NCBI GenBank assembly: GCA_039799905.1
Contig: JBDLRP010000030.1
Span: 19,577-83,576, forward strand
DNA from: Pseudomonadota bacterium
GTDB lineage: Bacteria > Bdellovibrionota_B > Oligoflexia > Silvanigrellales > Silvanigrellaceae
Direction: 5' to 3'
Length of the DNA: 64,000 bases
How positions within the stretch are numbered: the first letter of the stretch is position 1; the number at the start of each line of letters is the position of its first letter. Below are positions 20,318-30,247 of the stretch, piece after piece. A model generated the notes under the pieces. That model saw only the letters and a program-made list of their open reading frames with translations, did no database searches and was not told where the DNA came from. The position numbers and the translations under genes were made by a program.

Positions 20318-21424
20318 ATGACACAAACAAAATCGATGAGTCTTGAGGCTGCATTCGCCCAACTTGAAAAGCTGGCTCGCGATCGTGAGCAATCGGGTTC
20401 AGGCTTCTCGGCCGATGATGCACGCCGTCCGCTTATCCGCAGCGGCGTCAATTCCCAAAATCTAGACCCAGCCACGGGACAGGTGACCTGTGCGTGCGGA
20501 CAACATCCGCTCGGTCTTTATCTGAAACCCGCCGGCAGCCGCAATGAATTCGCCATCTGTCCAGCATGTGACGCACAAGCCCGCTGCGAAGAATGTCAGG
20601 GTACGGGTCAATTGCGGCGATTCAATCTGCTGACACTCAAAGACGAAATCATTCCCGGTGCATGTGCATGCAGAACCGGGCGCAAACGCGCCGATCTGCT
20701 CAACCGAATTCAGTTGCCGCACCGTTACCAGTCCGCCTCATTCGACACCCTTCAGCAGTCTCATCTGGGCAACAATCCGACACTGATTCAAAAGTTAAAC
20801 CAATGCCGCGAACAGGTGATTGGTTTTTGCGAGAGCGTCACACCCTACCTGAACCATCAGGAACCTGCGCCCGAAAAGATTTTTCTCACCATGCTCGGTC
20901 CTGTGGGTACCGGAAAAACTCTCATGGGCAGTGCTGCCCTCAAATGGCTTGTCGAGGAAACCGGCTGCACCGCGCGCTTTATCGATTTTCTGTTTTTATT
21001 GGGACAACTGCGCGAAACCTACACACAGAATTCTTCCGAAGAGCGGATACTCAAGCCATTACGTGAGGCGGACGTCCTTTTGATAGACGAACTCGGCAAG
21101 GGACGCGCCGAAAAAGCATGGCAGATGGAGAAACTCGATGACCTCATCAACAGCCGCTATAATGAAGGCCGCGTAACAATTCTGACGACCAACTATCTGC
21201 CGCCCGAGGCCGCCTATGATCCGGTGCGCGCAGGCTTCCGCAATGCACCTGCAAATGAAACTTTCTGGGAACAGTCGCTGCCTGAACGAATCGGTGCGCG
21301 CATGTATGACAGAATTGTCGAAACCTCGGTGTTCGTTGATTTTATCGGACTGCCGAGTTTCCGCGCTGCGGCGGCCGAAGGTTTTCTCAGAAGGCAGAGA
21401 TCTGAAAACTCTAAAGGGTTTTGA
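20318..21424 (+). CDS. DnaC/IstB-like AAA+ ATPase with Cys-rich N-terminus
   Basis: GPVGTGKT, LLIDELG, LINSRYN, LTTN, ERIGARMYDRI; CACGQH, CPAC, CEEC, CAC. Confidence 0.85.
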   Translation: MTQTKSMSLEAAFAQLEKLARDREQSGSGFSADDARRPLIRSGVNSQNLDPATGQVTCACGQHPLGLYLKPAGSRNEFAICPACDAQARCEECQGTGQLRRFNLLTLKDEIIPGACACRTGRKRADLLNRIQLPHRYQSASFDTLQQSHLGNNPTLIQKLNQCREQVIGFCESVTPYLNHQEPAPEKIFLTMLGPVGTGKTLMGSAALKWLVEETGCTARFIDFLFLLGQLRETYTQNSSEERILKPLREADVLLIDELGKGRAEKAWQMEKLDDLINSRYNEGRVTILTTNYLPPEAAYDPVRAGFRNAPANETFWEQSLPERIGARMYDRIVETSVFVDFIGLPSFRAAAAEGFLRRQRSENSKGF

Positions 21425-21824
21425 GTTCAGTCTTCTTGTAGCTGATCATTGTGCGCTTGGCGTCGAATAAATTTCGGTAACTTTCATAACGAATGCGAAG
21501 TTTTTCTGAATCGGCACGGGTTTGTGCGATCTGCTCGAGCAGCTGAACGTATTCGGGATCCGCCTCGGCAAGGCGCTTGAGGCGTCCTTCCGGAATCGAA
21601 TTTTCAGTTCCCGCATCATTTTCGATCCGGTTCATGATCCGCGAGCGCACGGTTGTGCGCAGCAACTCGAGGCGCTCCGCGTCGCGTCGTTTGTCGACGT
21701 ATTCAAGACCGATTTTGTTTGCCAGCTGAATGATTTCCTCGAGTGACAAATCTCTTTGACTCTGCGAGGCGCCAACACCCGCAGCAGGTGTCTGTGACGT
21801 TGAATGAGGATCGTTTTTATCCAC
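21411..21824 (-). CDS. Hypothetical coiled-coil protein
   Basis: Helical ORF with LAEADPEY; GAGG before GTG 21824. Confidence 0.65.
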   Translation of the reverse strand: MDKNDPHSTSQTPAAGVGASQSQRDLSLEEIIQLANKIGLEYVDKRRDAERLELLRTTVRSRIMNRIENDAGTENSIPEGRLKRLAEADPEYVQLLEQIAQTRADSEKLRIRYESYRNLFDAKRTMISYKKTELKTL

Positions 21825-21890
21825 GTCAGCCTCGCAGAAAAATGGAACAGCCAAGTGCCGCACTGCGGCTCACTACGAACATTCGCGCTA

Positions 21891-22982
21891 TCAGCTCATC
21901 GACAGCATACGGGCCAGAGCTGTTTGCGCAAGCGATCGTACAGGCTCCGCCACAGAAATCACATTTACCGGATGTCCTGCGGTGATCGACTCCATGGCCC
22001 ACGCGAGGTGCGCGAGGTCAATCCGGTTCATCGTACCGCACAGGCACATGTATCTGTTCAGGCTCACCACCGTCTTGTCGGGATTTTCAGTGGCGATTCT
22101 GTTGACGAGATTCATTTCGGTGCCGACTGCCCATTTGCTGCCTGCCGGACTCTCGGCAATTGTTTTGACGATAAATTCCGTCGAACCAACGGCATCCGAA
22201 CGATCGACGACCTCCATCGGGCATTCAGGATGGCTGATGATGCGAAATTCAGGATCCTGCGTCCGGAGTTGATCAATTTGCTTGAGTGTGAACATTGCAT
22301 GCACGGGACAATGACCTTCCCAGAGAAAAATCCGTGCATCGCGGATTCGTTCCTTGCTGTTCCCGCCAAGTAATTTGCCCGGTTTCCAAAGAAGCATGCT
22401 CTCGGGAGCAAAGCCCATCTTTTTGCAGGTGTTGCGTCCGAGATGCTGATCGGGAAAAAAGAACAGCGCCTTGCGCTCTTTGAGTGCCCACTCAACAATC
22501 TTCTCTGCATTTGAACTGGTACAGACAATTCCGCCTTTTTGTCCGACGAAAGCCTTCAGCGCCGCAGTAGAGTTGATATAGGTCACGGGCATGATGCTCT
22601 CGTGTCCGAGTGTGGCAACCAACTCGTTCCATGCAAATTCGACGTCATCAGCGTCGGCCATGTCCGCCATATCGCAACCTGCGCCCATGTCGGGCAGCAC
22701 GACAATTTGCTTGCCGCGTTTGAGAATATCGGCACTCTCGGCCATAAAATGCACACCGCAATAGACGATATATTCAGCTTTTTCCTGCTCCGCTGCGAAC
22801 TGCGCAAGCTTGAGGGAGTCGCCGCGCATGTCACCAATCTGCACTATTTCTGGCCGCTGGTAGTGATGTGTGAGCACTACGACACGATCGCCGAGCTGTT
22901 GCTTCGCCCGCAGAATGCGGGTTTTGAGCTCATCGTCGCTCAGCGACGGATAGGGGGAGGGCAGGGGTTGCTGATAAATCAT
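21891..22982 (-). CDS. nadA: Quinolinate synthase
   Basis: HHYQ, GDSL, CGVHFMAES, AGCDMA, YINS, CTSSNA, PDQHLG, HPEC, GSTE. Confidence 0.97.
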   Translation of the reverse strand: MIYQQPLPSPYPSLSDDELKTRILRAKQQLGDRVVVLTHHYQRPEIVQIGDMRGDSLKLAQFAAEQEKAEYIVYCGVHFMAESADILKRGKQIVVLPDMGAGCDMADMADADDVEFAWNELVATLGHESIMPVTYINSTAALKAFVGQKGGIVCTSSNAEKIVEWALKERKALFFFPDQHLGRNTCKKMGFAPESMLLWKPGKLLGGNSKERIRDARIFLWEGHCPVHAMFTLKQIDQLRTQDPEFRIISHPECPMEVVDRSDAVGSTEFIVKTIAESPAGSKWAVGTEMNLVNRIATENPDKTVVSLNRYMCLCGTMNRIDLAHLAWAMESITAGHPVNVISVAEPVRSLAQTALARMLSMS

Positions 22983-23146
22983 AGGAACTCCCAAACGATC
23001 GGTACGCTCCGTCCTAATCCCGACTGGGCAGCGAATTCAACCCGAATTTCGTACGATTTAAACAAGGCCGGTGTTTGACATTGGCCGGCAAACCCTATTT
23101 CCTTGAGCCGGCAAAACAGACAGACCAGCGAAGGAGCTAAAGCCCG

Positions 23147-24022
23147 ATGACTATGGAACTTACCCAACCAACTCAAATCAAACGCGTCGGCGTGGTCGGC
23201 GCGGGCCAGATGGGCAATGGAATCGCTCAGGTGCTTGCACAGTCGGGTTTCAGCGTCACACTCATGGACGTTTCGGAAGCTTCGCTGAAGAAGGCGATGG
23301 GCAGCATCGAAAAAAGCCTCGCGAAATTGTTCGAAAAGGGCAAACTTCCAGAACATCCTCCGATGATTCTCGGCAGAATCAAATGCACCACCCAGCTGAA
23401 AGACTTTGCCGACTGCGATTTTGCGGTGGAAGCCGTCAGTGAGCAGGAGGAACTCAAAAAGTCGATCTTCAAACAGCTCGACGAAGTTCTTCCGGCTCAT
23501 GCCATTCTCGCATCAAATACCAGCAGCCTGCCGATCACTCGTTTGGCCAGCTCAACCAAGCGTGCCGGACAGTTCATCGGCATGCACTTCATGAATCCCG
23601 TACCGGTCATGCAGCTGGTGGAAATCATCCGCGGTCATGCGACTTCTGAAAACACCTACCAGCTCACCAAATCTCTTGCAGAAACTGCTGGGAAGACGAC
23701 TGTCTGCTCGCAGGACTACCCCGGTTTTATCGTCAACCGGATTCTCATGCCGATGATCAACGAAGCGTTTTTTACGCTGATGGAAGGCATCGCCTCGGCA
23801 GAAGACATTGACGCCGGCATGAAGCTTGGCACCAACCAACCCATGGGCCCGCTCACATTGGCAGACTTCATCGGTCTGGATACCTGCCTGGCAATCATGA
23901 AGGTCCTTCACGAAGGTCTCGGAGACAGCAAGTACCGCCCTTGCCCGCTGCTGAAAAAGTACGTCGACGCTGGCTTTTTGGGGCGTAAAACAGGACGCGG
24001 AGTGTACGTCTACAACGGCTGA
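23147..24022 (+). CDS. 3-hydroxybutyryl/3-hydroxyacyl-CoA dehydrogenase
   Basis: GAGQMG, ASNTSS, GMHFMNP, PGFIVNR, PMGPL, DFIGLD. Confidence 0.95.
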   Translation: MTMELTQPTQIKRVGVVGAGQMGNGIAQVLAQSGFSVTLMDVSEASLKKAMGSIEKSLAKLFEKGKLPEHPPMILGRIKCTTQLKDFADCDFAVEAVSEQEELKKSIFKQLDEVLPAHAILASNTSSLPITRLASSTKRAGQFIGMHFMNPVPVMQLVEIIRGHATSENTYQLTKSLAETAGKTTVCSQDYPGFIVNRILMPMINEAFFTLMEGIASAEDIDAGMKLGTNQPMGPLTLADFIGLDTCLAIMKVLHEGLGDSKYRPCPLLKKYVDAGFLGRKTGRGVYVYNG

Positions 24023-24035
24023 TTGCGGGCGACTG

Positions 24036-24641
24036 CTAAACGCGCGGAGCCTGCACAACGACCGCAAATCCGCGCACAACTTGCCCTTGATTTTCGGAGT
24101 GCGCCCGATAGACGTGTTTTTGGTCGCCGTCGAATCGCAACAGATCGCCCTGTGAAACAAGGAAAACTTCGCCGCCCACATCAACCTCGCAGCGGCCTTC
24201 CACCACGAAGAAGTACTCTTCCGTGCCGCTGGCATGCGGGTTGGAACAAAGCTGCTGTTGCTCCTTGAGGACAATTTCTTCAATCACCAGATATCGAGCC
24301 TGAGCGGGCGTCAGCCGCAGCGTTTCAATGAATTCCTGCGATGTTGAACCGCTAGTGGAAGGATACGCGAGGCGAGCGTGGTGTTCGCTGCGGAACAGTG
24401 TTGCGCGAGGCTCCCGCTGAGTCAGCAGGTCGGTGATGCTCACACCAAATCCACGCGCGATCCCCATCAGCACTTGCAAGGTCGGATTGCCTTCGCCGCG
24501 CTCCAGACTTGCAATCGTGCTGCGGGGAATACCCGAACGCTCGGACAGCTGTTCCTGACTGAGGGACAGTTCCTTGCGCAAGGCTTTCATGTTTGATGCG
24601 AGACAGGCCCCCGCGCCGTCGTCTCCCGACGCCATGTGCAT
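24036..24641 (-). CDS. XRE-family HTH regulator with cupin domain
   Basis: LSQEQLSERSGIPRSTIASLERGEGNPTL; EYFFVVEG...GDLLRFDGDQKHVY. Confidence 0.9.
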   Translation of the reverse strand: MHMASGDDGAGACLASNMKALRKELSLSQEQLSERSGIPRSTIASLERGEGNPTLQVLMGIARGFGVSITDLLTQREPRATLFRSEHHARLAYPSTSGSTSQEFIETLRLTPAQARYLVIEEIVLKEQQQLCSNPHASGTEEYFFVVEGRCEVDVGGEVFLVSQGDLLRFDGDQKHVYRAHSENQGQVVRGFAVVVQAPRV

Positions 24642-24912
24642 CACCCCCTCCTTCTCTTCGGCAGTACAACTTGAAATTATACTAGTATTCACATCTTAGC
24701 AGACTTAGCCACCAGATCTGCTGAAAATAATTGAAGTTTGTTGATAGTCTGACTGTTTTTGCCAACCCCACAACACCAACTCGCGTGAAAACGTAATTTT
24801 CAGCTGGATAAATCGTAAACACCAATGTTCAAAAAATGGTCAGAGACAGGGTCCCTCACTTCTGAAACAGCAGAAAAATCCATTCATTCCGGACTTAAAA
24901 CTTATTCTGAAG

Positions 24913-24929
24913 TTGGCACGAAAATTGAT
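24913..24929 (+). promoter_or_regulatory. Sigma54-like (-24/-12) site candidate
   Basis: TTGGCACGAAAATTGAT; correct spacing but GA instead of GC at -12. Confidence 0.35.
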
Positions 24930-25002
24930 GAGAGATGACCAGTCCCCTGTGCCTAGAGGTCTGTGGGGGTTCAACAATCGTTTTTGTTTTGGAGGACACT
25001 TT

Positions 25003-25776
25003 ATGCGTCAACTCATCATTCCCTTGGGTACTCTCTTGACAGTTGTGAGCATCGTCGCGTGCAGCTCGGACGACAGTTCTTCGGGTGAACAAGCACCGCC
25101 GCCCGCTTCGCAAATTAAGAATGATAGCCCGCAGCAGCAGAATCAGGACGCAAACAAGACCAATCCGACACAACAAACACCTGTGACACAAACCCCCGTT
25201 CAACAGGCGCCTGCAGGCTATTTTGAGGCGACTAGCGGTTCGCAGCGCTACCTGATTCCCAACAACAGCTTGATCGCCATTCAGTTCCCAGTCGAAATCA
25301 CCGCCAATCCGGAGAAAAACATCAGTCTCCCAGGCGCAGGTGACGAGGCAGTTCCGGAAGACAAGCTCCCGCAGGTTACGGTCGCTGTGAAAGACATTCA
25401 GGGTGCACCGGTGTTTGCAGCGGGCTCGCGCCTGATTGGTACAATCAAGATGAGTGCTCCCAAGGCAATCTTTAACGTCACTGGCGTTAAATATGGTTCC
25501 ACTGTTTACAACATGGCAGCGAACGCTGAAGTGACTTCCACGAAGTTCGACCGCAGCAACGCGAGCTTCACCAACATCTTGCTCGGTGCATTGGGCGGCG
25601 CTGGAATTGCCGTCCTCATCGACGGCACCGGCAGCGACAGGTCCATCACCTGGTGGGCTCCGCTGATTGGTGCAGCGGGTGGCGGCATTGCAGCTGCGCT
25701 CCTGTTCAAAGACACCAATTCATTTGTTCAGGTGAAGGCAAACGAAAGCGCTGTGCTCGTTCCCGGCCCCCGCTAA
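25003..25776 (+). CDS. Lipoprotein with C-terminal glycine-zipper hairpin
   Basis: GGAGG RBS; lipobox IVAC; Q/P/T-rich linker; ILLGALGGAGIA...LIGAAGGGIAAALL. Confidence 0.8.
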   Translation: MRQLIIPLGTLLTVVSIVACSSDDSSSGEQAPPPASQIKNDSPQQQNQDANKTNPTQQTPVTQTPVQQAPAGYFEATSGSQRYLIPNNSLIAIQFPVEITANPEKNISLPGAGDEAVPEDKLPQVTVAVKDIQGAPVFAAGSRLIGTIKMSAPKAIFNVTGVKYGSTVYNMAANAEVTSTKFDRSNASFTNILLGALGGAGIAVLIDGTGSDRSITWWAPLIGAAGGGIAAALLFKDTNSFVQVKANESAVLVPGPR

Positions 25777-25796
25777 GGGCACGTTCCCACAGACAA

Positions 25797-25838
25797 GCAA
25801 AAGGTCCGTACATCACCTTTGATGTGCGGACCTTTTGC
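25797..25838. terminator. Bidirectional terminator
   Basis: gcaaaaggtccgtacatc/gatgtgcggaccttttgc hairpin between convergent genes. Confidence 0.8.
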
Positions 25839-25863
25839 CGTGGCTGAAAATCTCAAACGAAAA

Positions 25864-27516
25864 TTATTTTATCGCCTTAGCGGGAATAAAAGTCATTGCC
25901 CTTTCGGTCATGGCTGTAATCGTCAGACTCGGATTCACACCGAGATTTGCAGGAACCGCTGAACCGTCGCACACCCAGACACCCTGATAACCGAAGAGTC
26001 GCTGCTGCGAGTCAATCACGCCCTCAGAGGGCGACTGCCCCATTGGACACCCGCCTAAAATGTGCGCCGTGGTTGGAATATTCACTGTTACCTGTGTCAC
26101 AGCACACTGCGCTTTTCCGCCGACGCGATCGGCAAACCACTCGGTGAATTCATTTGCCGCGGGAATCTCGGAAGGCACTTTATCGCTTCCATCCTCGCGC
26201 TCGGACACCAACCCACTGCGAAAAAAAGTGAAGGGACTGCGGCCGAAGCGCACGCGTATACGATTGTCCAAGTCTTGCATGACAAGAAAAATCACGCTCG
26301 TTTCGGCCCAGCGCGGATTGAACGTAAAGCGCAGAAATTCGATGGGACGGGTCAAAATTCGCCAGACAAATTTCGCTGAGCGTCTGAGTTCACTCGGATC
26401 GCTGATGAGCGGCGTTGCAAGCAACCTCATGAAATTTGACCCAACGGGATAACGCACCGGCTCAATGGCGGTGTCGGCGTCTGCCTTGAAAATCGAAGAG
26501 ATCGCGATTCCGTGTGAGTAGGGCAGCTTGCGTGTTGAGCCAAGTTCAGTGCTGCCGGTAAAAACTTCGCTGTTGGTGCGGACGTGGTGGCCAAGCAGAT
26601 TTGAAACATTCGGCAGAGTTTTGTGCTTATCGCGGCATTCAAGCAACAGCCGGAGAGTGCCCAGCACACCCCCCGAAAGGATGACGTGTTTACTTCGAAT
26701 CTTTCGACGCTTCGGAAAGAACAACGAGTCCACCGACTGTGCCGACAATTCCCAGCCCGCGCTGCCGTCTTCGTTCAGCGGCCGCAGAGCGGTTATTTTT
26801 GTCAGCGGCTGAACAACGGCTCCGCGCTTTTCAGCGAGATAAAGATAGTTTTTATCGAGAGTGTTTTTTGCATTGTACCGACAGCCAACCATGCATCCGC
26901 CGCAGAAATTGCAACCGGTCCGCTCGGGTCCCTCGCCATTGAAGTAGGGATCGGCCACCGTGCGGCCAGCCTCTCCGAAAAAGACAGCAACTTCCGTTGG
27001 CGCAAAACTTTCCTGAAGGCCTTTGGCTTTGGCGTATTCCTCGATCGTATTGTCGATGAACGTGAGCTTTGGATTGGTTGCCGCACCGAGCATTTTTTTT
27101 GCAAGCGCATAGTATGGAGCAAGCACTTCACGCGCATTTCCGATGACCCGCCACGACGGACTTTCGAACGCCTTGTCGGAAGGAACCATGAGTGTGTTGG
27201 CGTACACCAGGCTGCCGCCGCCCACACCAGCGCCGCTGAGAATTAAAACATCTTTGAAAAATGTCAGCCGCTGTATGCCAAAACACTTAAAAATAGGTGC
27301 CCATAAATAACGCGGCAGGTCCCAGTTCGATTTTGCATAATCTTGCGGGCGGAAGCGGCGTCCTTGCTCGACGACGCAAACCTTGTATCCCTTCTCACTC
27401 AAACGGAATGCGGACACGCTGCCGCCGAATCCCGATCCGACGATGACAAAATCAAAGTCAAAATCTTCACCACCGGTGCGCTCGTGATTTTCAGACACCC
27501 CAGACCTCATTGGCAA
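25864..27516 (-). CDS. GMC oxidoreductase, cholesterol-oxidase (ChoD)-like
   Basis: IVGSGFGGSVSA, GVGGGSLVYAN, CNFCGGCMVGC, AKNTLDKNYL, TAHILGG, NPSLTI. Confidence 0.9.
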   Translation of the reverse strand: MPMRSGVSENHERTGGEDFDFDFVIVGSGFGGSVSAFRLSEKGYKVCVVEQGRRFRPQDYAKSNWDLPRYLWAPIFKCFGIQRLTFFKDVLILSGAGVGGGSLVYANTLMVPSDKAFESPSWRVIGNAREVLAPYYALAKKMLGAATNPKLTFIDNTIEEYAKAKGLQESFAPTEVAVFFGEAGRTVADPYFNGEGPERTGCNFCGGCMVGCRYNAKNTLDKNYLYLAEKRGAVVQPLTKITALRPLNEDGSAGWELSAQSVDSLFFPKRRKIRSKHVILSGGVLGTLRLLLECRDKHKTLPNVSNLLGHHVRTNSEVFTGSTELGSTRKLPYSHGIAISSIFKADADTAIEPVRYPVGSNFMRLLATPLISDPSELRRSAKFVWRILTRPIEFLRFTFNPRWAETSVIFLVMQDLDNRIRVRFGRSPFTFFRSGLVSEREDGSDKVPSEIPAANEFTEWFADRVGGKAQCAVTQVTVNIPTTAHILGGCPMGQSPSEGVIDSQQRLFGYQGVWVCDGSAVPANLGVNPSLTITAMTERAMTFIPAKAIK

Positions 27517-27538
27517 ATTTGAGTTTCAATCCGGAACA

Positions 27539-28363
27539 TCAGGGAGCCGCTCCGGAACCGGCCTTCGGCTTAGCCTTTTTTCCGGACCCTTTGCCAGCTG
27601 GTTTTTTACCTGGCGTCTTTGCCGGCGGCTTGACTGGTTCCGGCGCCCGCTGACTTGCAGGCACGGGCAAGTAGTAGGCAATTCCACCGCCAAAGGTAAG
27701 TGCACTCAGCTTATTCTGGCCTCCAACCACGTTAACGGCAACTTCTTCGCCATCAAGAATAGTGAGCGGACCACCAGTTGTTTCGAACGACCCGGTCGCA
27801 TAATCGCCCATCCCGAAAACGCTCAAAGAGTTCAGGATAAAAAATTCTGCAAAGGCGCCGAATCGCAGACGCGAGAGTTTCTGCATCTTCAAATCGAGTT
27901 CGTTTGCAGGCTGTGCGACCGCCAGAGCAAACTTGGCTCCAAGGCCCAAATCGTAAGAGAAATATCCAGAAGCTCTGAGCTTTTTCAAGGCAAAATCGAC
28001 CGACAATCCAACCGGCAAATAGCTGAAGCTGAGAGTGTCTTTTACAGCCCCATCGGTACTTGCCGACATAGTGCGAAAACCCAACAGGGCGCTCACGGAC
28101 AGAGGACCCATTTCCAGAGGAGTCACTGCAAGATCACCGCCGAAGAAAATGAGCGCGCGACTGACTGTTTTTTTATCGGGATTCGAGAGCACTTTCGATG
28201 GATCAGCCGGATCCACCAAAACAGTGCTGGGAATTGTCAACAGTTCACTGCCGCCGTATGGTCTAATCCCCAACGAAAAGGCAGAAGCCTGCATTGGGCT
28301 GGCCAAACCGCACGTCAGTGCAACGAAGATTAGTCTGGTCGGGCCAAATCTCAAACAGCTCAT
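27539..28363 (-). CDS. Secreted outer-membrane beta-barrel-like protein with Pro/Lys tail
   Basis: Signal peptide ending ASA; amphipathic strands (LTFGGGIAYY). Confidence 0.6.
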   Translation of the reverse strand: MSCLRFGPTRLIFVALTCGLASPMQASAFSLGIRPYGGSELLTIPSTVLVDPADPSKVLSNPDKKTVSRALIFFGGDLAVTPLEMGPLSVSALLGFRTMSASTDGAVKDTLSFSYLPVGLSVDFALKKLRASGYFSYDLGLGAKFALAVAQPANELDLKMQKLSRLRFGAFAEFFILNSLSVFGMGDYATGSFETTGGPLTILDGEEVAVNVVGGQNKLSALTFGGGIAYYLPVPASQRAPEPVKPPAKTPGKKPAGKGSGKKAKPKAGSGAAP

Positions 28364-28392
28364 GATACCCTCGTTAAGTGCGCTTCATGAGG

Positions 28393-28420
28393 GTATCGGA
28401 CGAATATCCGTGAACTTTTG
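28393..28420 (-). promoter_or_regulatory. Sigma28-like promoter candidate
   Basis: CAAA-N16-TCCGATAC. Confidence 0.45.
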
Positions 28421-28444
28421 CTGACCTTTTGTGTCAGCGAATTG

Positions 28445-29152
28445 TCATGGCTTTTCTTGTAGATCCGCGTGGTTCGACAGGTAGACAAAGTTCTTGCCGT
28501 TAAGCGCACATGCTCCCGCTTCGGCCGCCGGATACGATACCGCAACAACTTCGAATGCAATGTTTTGTTGAACTCCAAGGCTCTGGAATTGAGTCACGGC
28601 GGAAACGTCGCCGGACACTTCAATCTTGGTTCCGCTCGGGACAAAACAGTTGGCGACAATTGACTGAGATGCGATGGCAACAAATGAGTCCTGCTTGAAA
28701 ACAACCAGCCTGTTCTTGGCAGGTTCAGGCTGTGCTGGTTCAGGCTTCACTGGTTCAGGCTTCACTGGTTCAGGCTTCACTGGTTCGGGCTTCACTGGTT
28801 CGGGCTTCACTGGTTCAGGCAGCACTGGTTCAGGCTTCACCGGTTCGGGCAGCACTGGTTCGGGCTTCACTGGTTCGGGCAGCACTGGTTCAACCGACGT
28901 TGATTCTTTTTGATCCGCTCCGGTTGCGGCCTCGATGTTCGCGCCGCGTTGCAAACATTGTCCCTCGAAAACGGCCTGAGGGTCGTCTTGGCACAACTTC
29001 GCACGGTCGACAGCCGAGCGACGCTGGGTGGGGTCGTTGGCACATGACACGATCAAGCATGCTAGAGCAGGAAAAATTGCAAGCGAACAAAAGTTGTGAT
29101 TGTTCCGCGCAGTGTTGGCCGAGCCTAATTTTGTTGAGCAAAACTTCATCAC
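28445..29152 (-). CDS. Lipoprotein with EPV(K/L)P repeat linker
   Basis: Lipobox IVSC; about 12 pentapeptide repeats; Cys-containing C-terminal domain. Confidence 0.8.
   Translation of the reverse strand: MMKFCSTKLGSANTARNNHNFCSLAIFPALACLIVSCANDPTQRRSAVDRAKLCQDDPQAVFEGQCLQRGANIEAATGADQKESTSVEPVLPEPVKPEPVLPEPVKPEPVLPEPVKPEPVKPEPVKPEPVKPEPVKPEPAQPEPAKNRLVVFKQDSFVAIASQSIVANCFVPSGTKIEVSGDVSAVTQFQSLGVQQNIAFEVVAVSYPAAEAGACALNGKNFVYLSNHADLQEKP
28715..28891 (-). repeat. 15-bp coding tandem repeat (about 12 units)
   Basis: Repeated ctggttc(a/g)ggc(ttca/agca) encoding EPVKP/EPVLP. Confidence 0.95.
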
Positions 29153-29159
29153 CGCAACC

Positions 29160-29759
29160 TCACTTACAATTCGGAACAGACGTGGGAGTCACGCTAAAAT
29201 GGGCAGAAAACAAATATCCGGGCGCAATTAAGCAGCCAGTGATATCGTGACCAACTGCCTTGAACTCTGTCTGAGAAACGCGGCAAAGATCATTCACCAA
29301 AAAAGTTGCCGTTGCGACACAATAATCCAAGCCTTCCTGGTAGGCAGCTTTGTTAGCTGTAATGTCCAAGTTTTGTTTTGCCTTCAGGTATGTTTCTGTA
29401 GTCACACTGGTTCGTAGGGAGAGTTTGAACTTACCGACCGGAACAGCGCCTCCCTGACCATCGGGAGCCGAGTCCGTATCACCTCCGGAGCCCGACGAAG
29501 CGGCAGTCGCCCTACACACCTGATTTTTCTCAACCTCTGCCTTGGTCTTCACCTCTTGAGTCGTCTTCCCGCCACTTCCGACACAGGTCACGAGAAACGA
29601 CCCACTCACCGCCTTGTCGGCAACGATATCCTTGACGACCAAAAATCCCTCGGCCTTCTGACCGGCAGCCAAATCGTTCAATCCAGACTGTGACGAATCA
29701 ACGCAGGCCGAAATCAGAGCGAACGCGATGATGCCGGTTGATACTCTTGCCAAGGACAT
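29160..29759 (-). CDS. Hypothetical lipoprotein
   Basis: GAGGGGG RBS; lipobox ISAC; C-terminal C..GYLFSAHF. Confidence 0.75.
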   Translation of the reverse strand: MSLARVSTGIIAFALISACVDSSQSGLNDLAAGQKAEGFLVVKDIVADKAVSGSFLVTCVGSGGKTTQEVKTKAEVEKNQVCRATAASSGSGGDTDSAPDGQGGAVPVGKFKLSLRTSVTTETYLKAKQNLDITANKAAYQEGLDYCVATATFLVNDLCRVSQTEFKAVGHDITGCLIAPGYLFSAHFSVTPTSVPNCK

Positions 29760-29799
29760 GAGCGCTGCCCCCTCATGAAATCCAAATAATTTAGCGAGC

Positions 29800-29827
29800 G
29801 TATCGGCAGGCGCAGAGGGAAAATAAA
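29800..29827 (-). promoter_or_regulatory. Sigma28-like promoter candidate
   Basis: TTTA-N16-GCCGATAC. Confidence 0.45.
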
Positions 29828-29879
29828 GTGGAAATAAAATATTACCGTTCTTACAGATGGATAAGTGCACGATGAAATT

Positions 29880-30203
29880 TCACGACGCGGATTTTTCTTG
29901 CTCCATGAGCACATCGTGGCGCAATTTCTTTTCAAAAAGTCTGCGTTTGATGCTCTCCCTTACAGACTCATCGGTTGCCTCCGCGAGGCGCTCGGAAAGC
30001 TGCAGTATTTCTTTTTTGAGCTGCAAGACGGGAGGAATGAAGCCTGCGTTTTTAAGAATCCGCTGTGCGAGCCGCAAATGCAGTGGAACGAATTGCCCCT
30101 CGTCGAGGTCCAGTGGCTGTCCGCGCAGGCTGAGGTTGTCGAACTCGCCGTTGTCGATTGCCTCCCTGATTTTGTTTTCTGCTATGATTTCAAACGCATT
30201 CAT
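29880..30203 (-). CDS. DUF1992 family protein
   Basis: IAENKIREAIDNGEFDNL..RGQPLDL...RLAQRILKNAGFIPP; AAGGAG RBS. Confidence 0.85.
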   Translation of the reverse strand: MNAFEIIAENKIREAIDNGEFDNLSLRGQPLDLDEGQFVPLHLRLAQRILKNAGFIPPVLQLKKEILQLSERLAEATDESVRESIKRRLFEKKLRHDVLMEQEKSAS

Positions 30204-30247
30204 GAAAAAACCACTCCTTGCAGGTGTTTCTTCACCATTCATAGGAA

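Noticed and set aside
20318..21424. IS21 element
   Set aside because: No IstA transposase or terminal inverted repeats nearby
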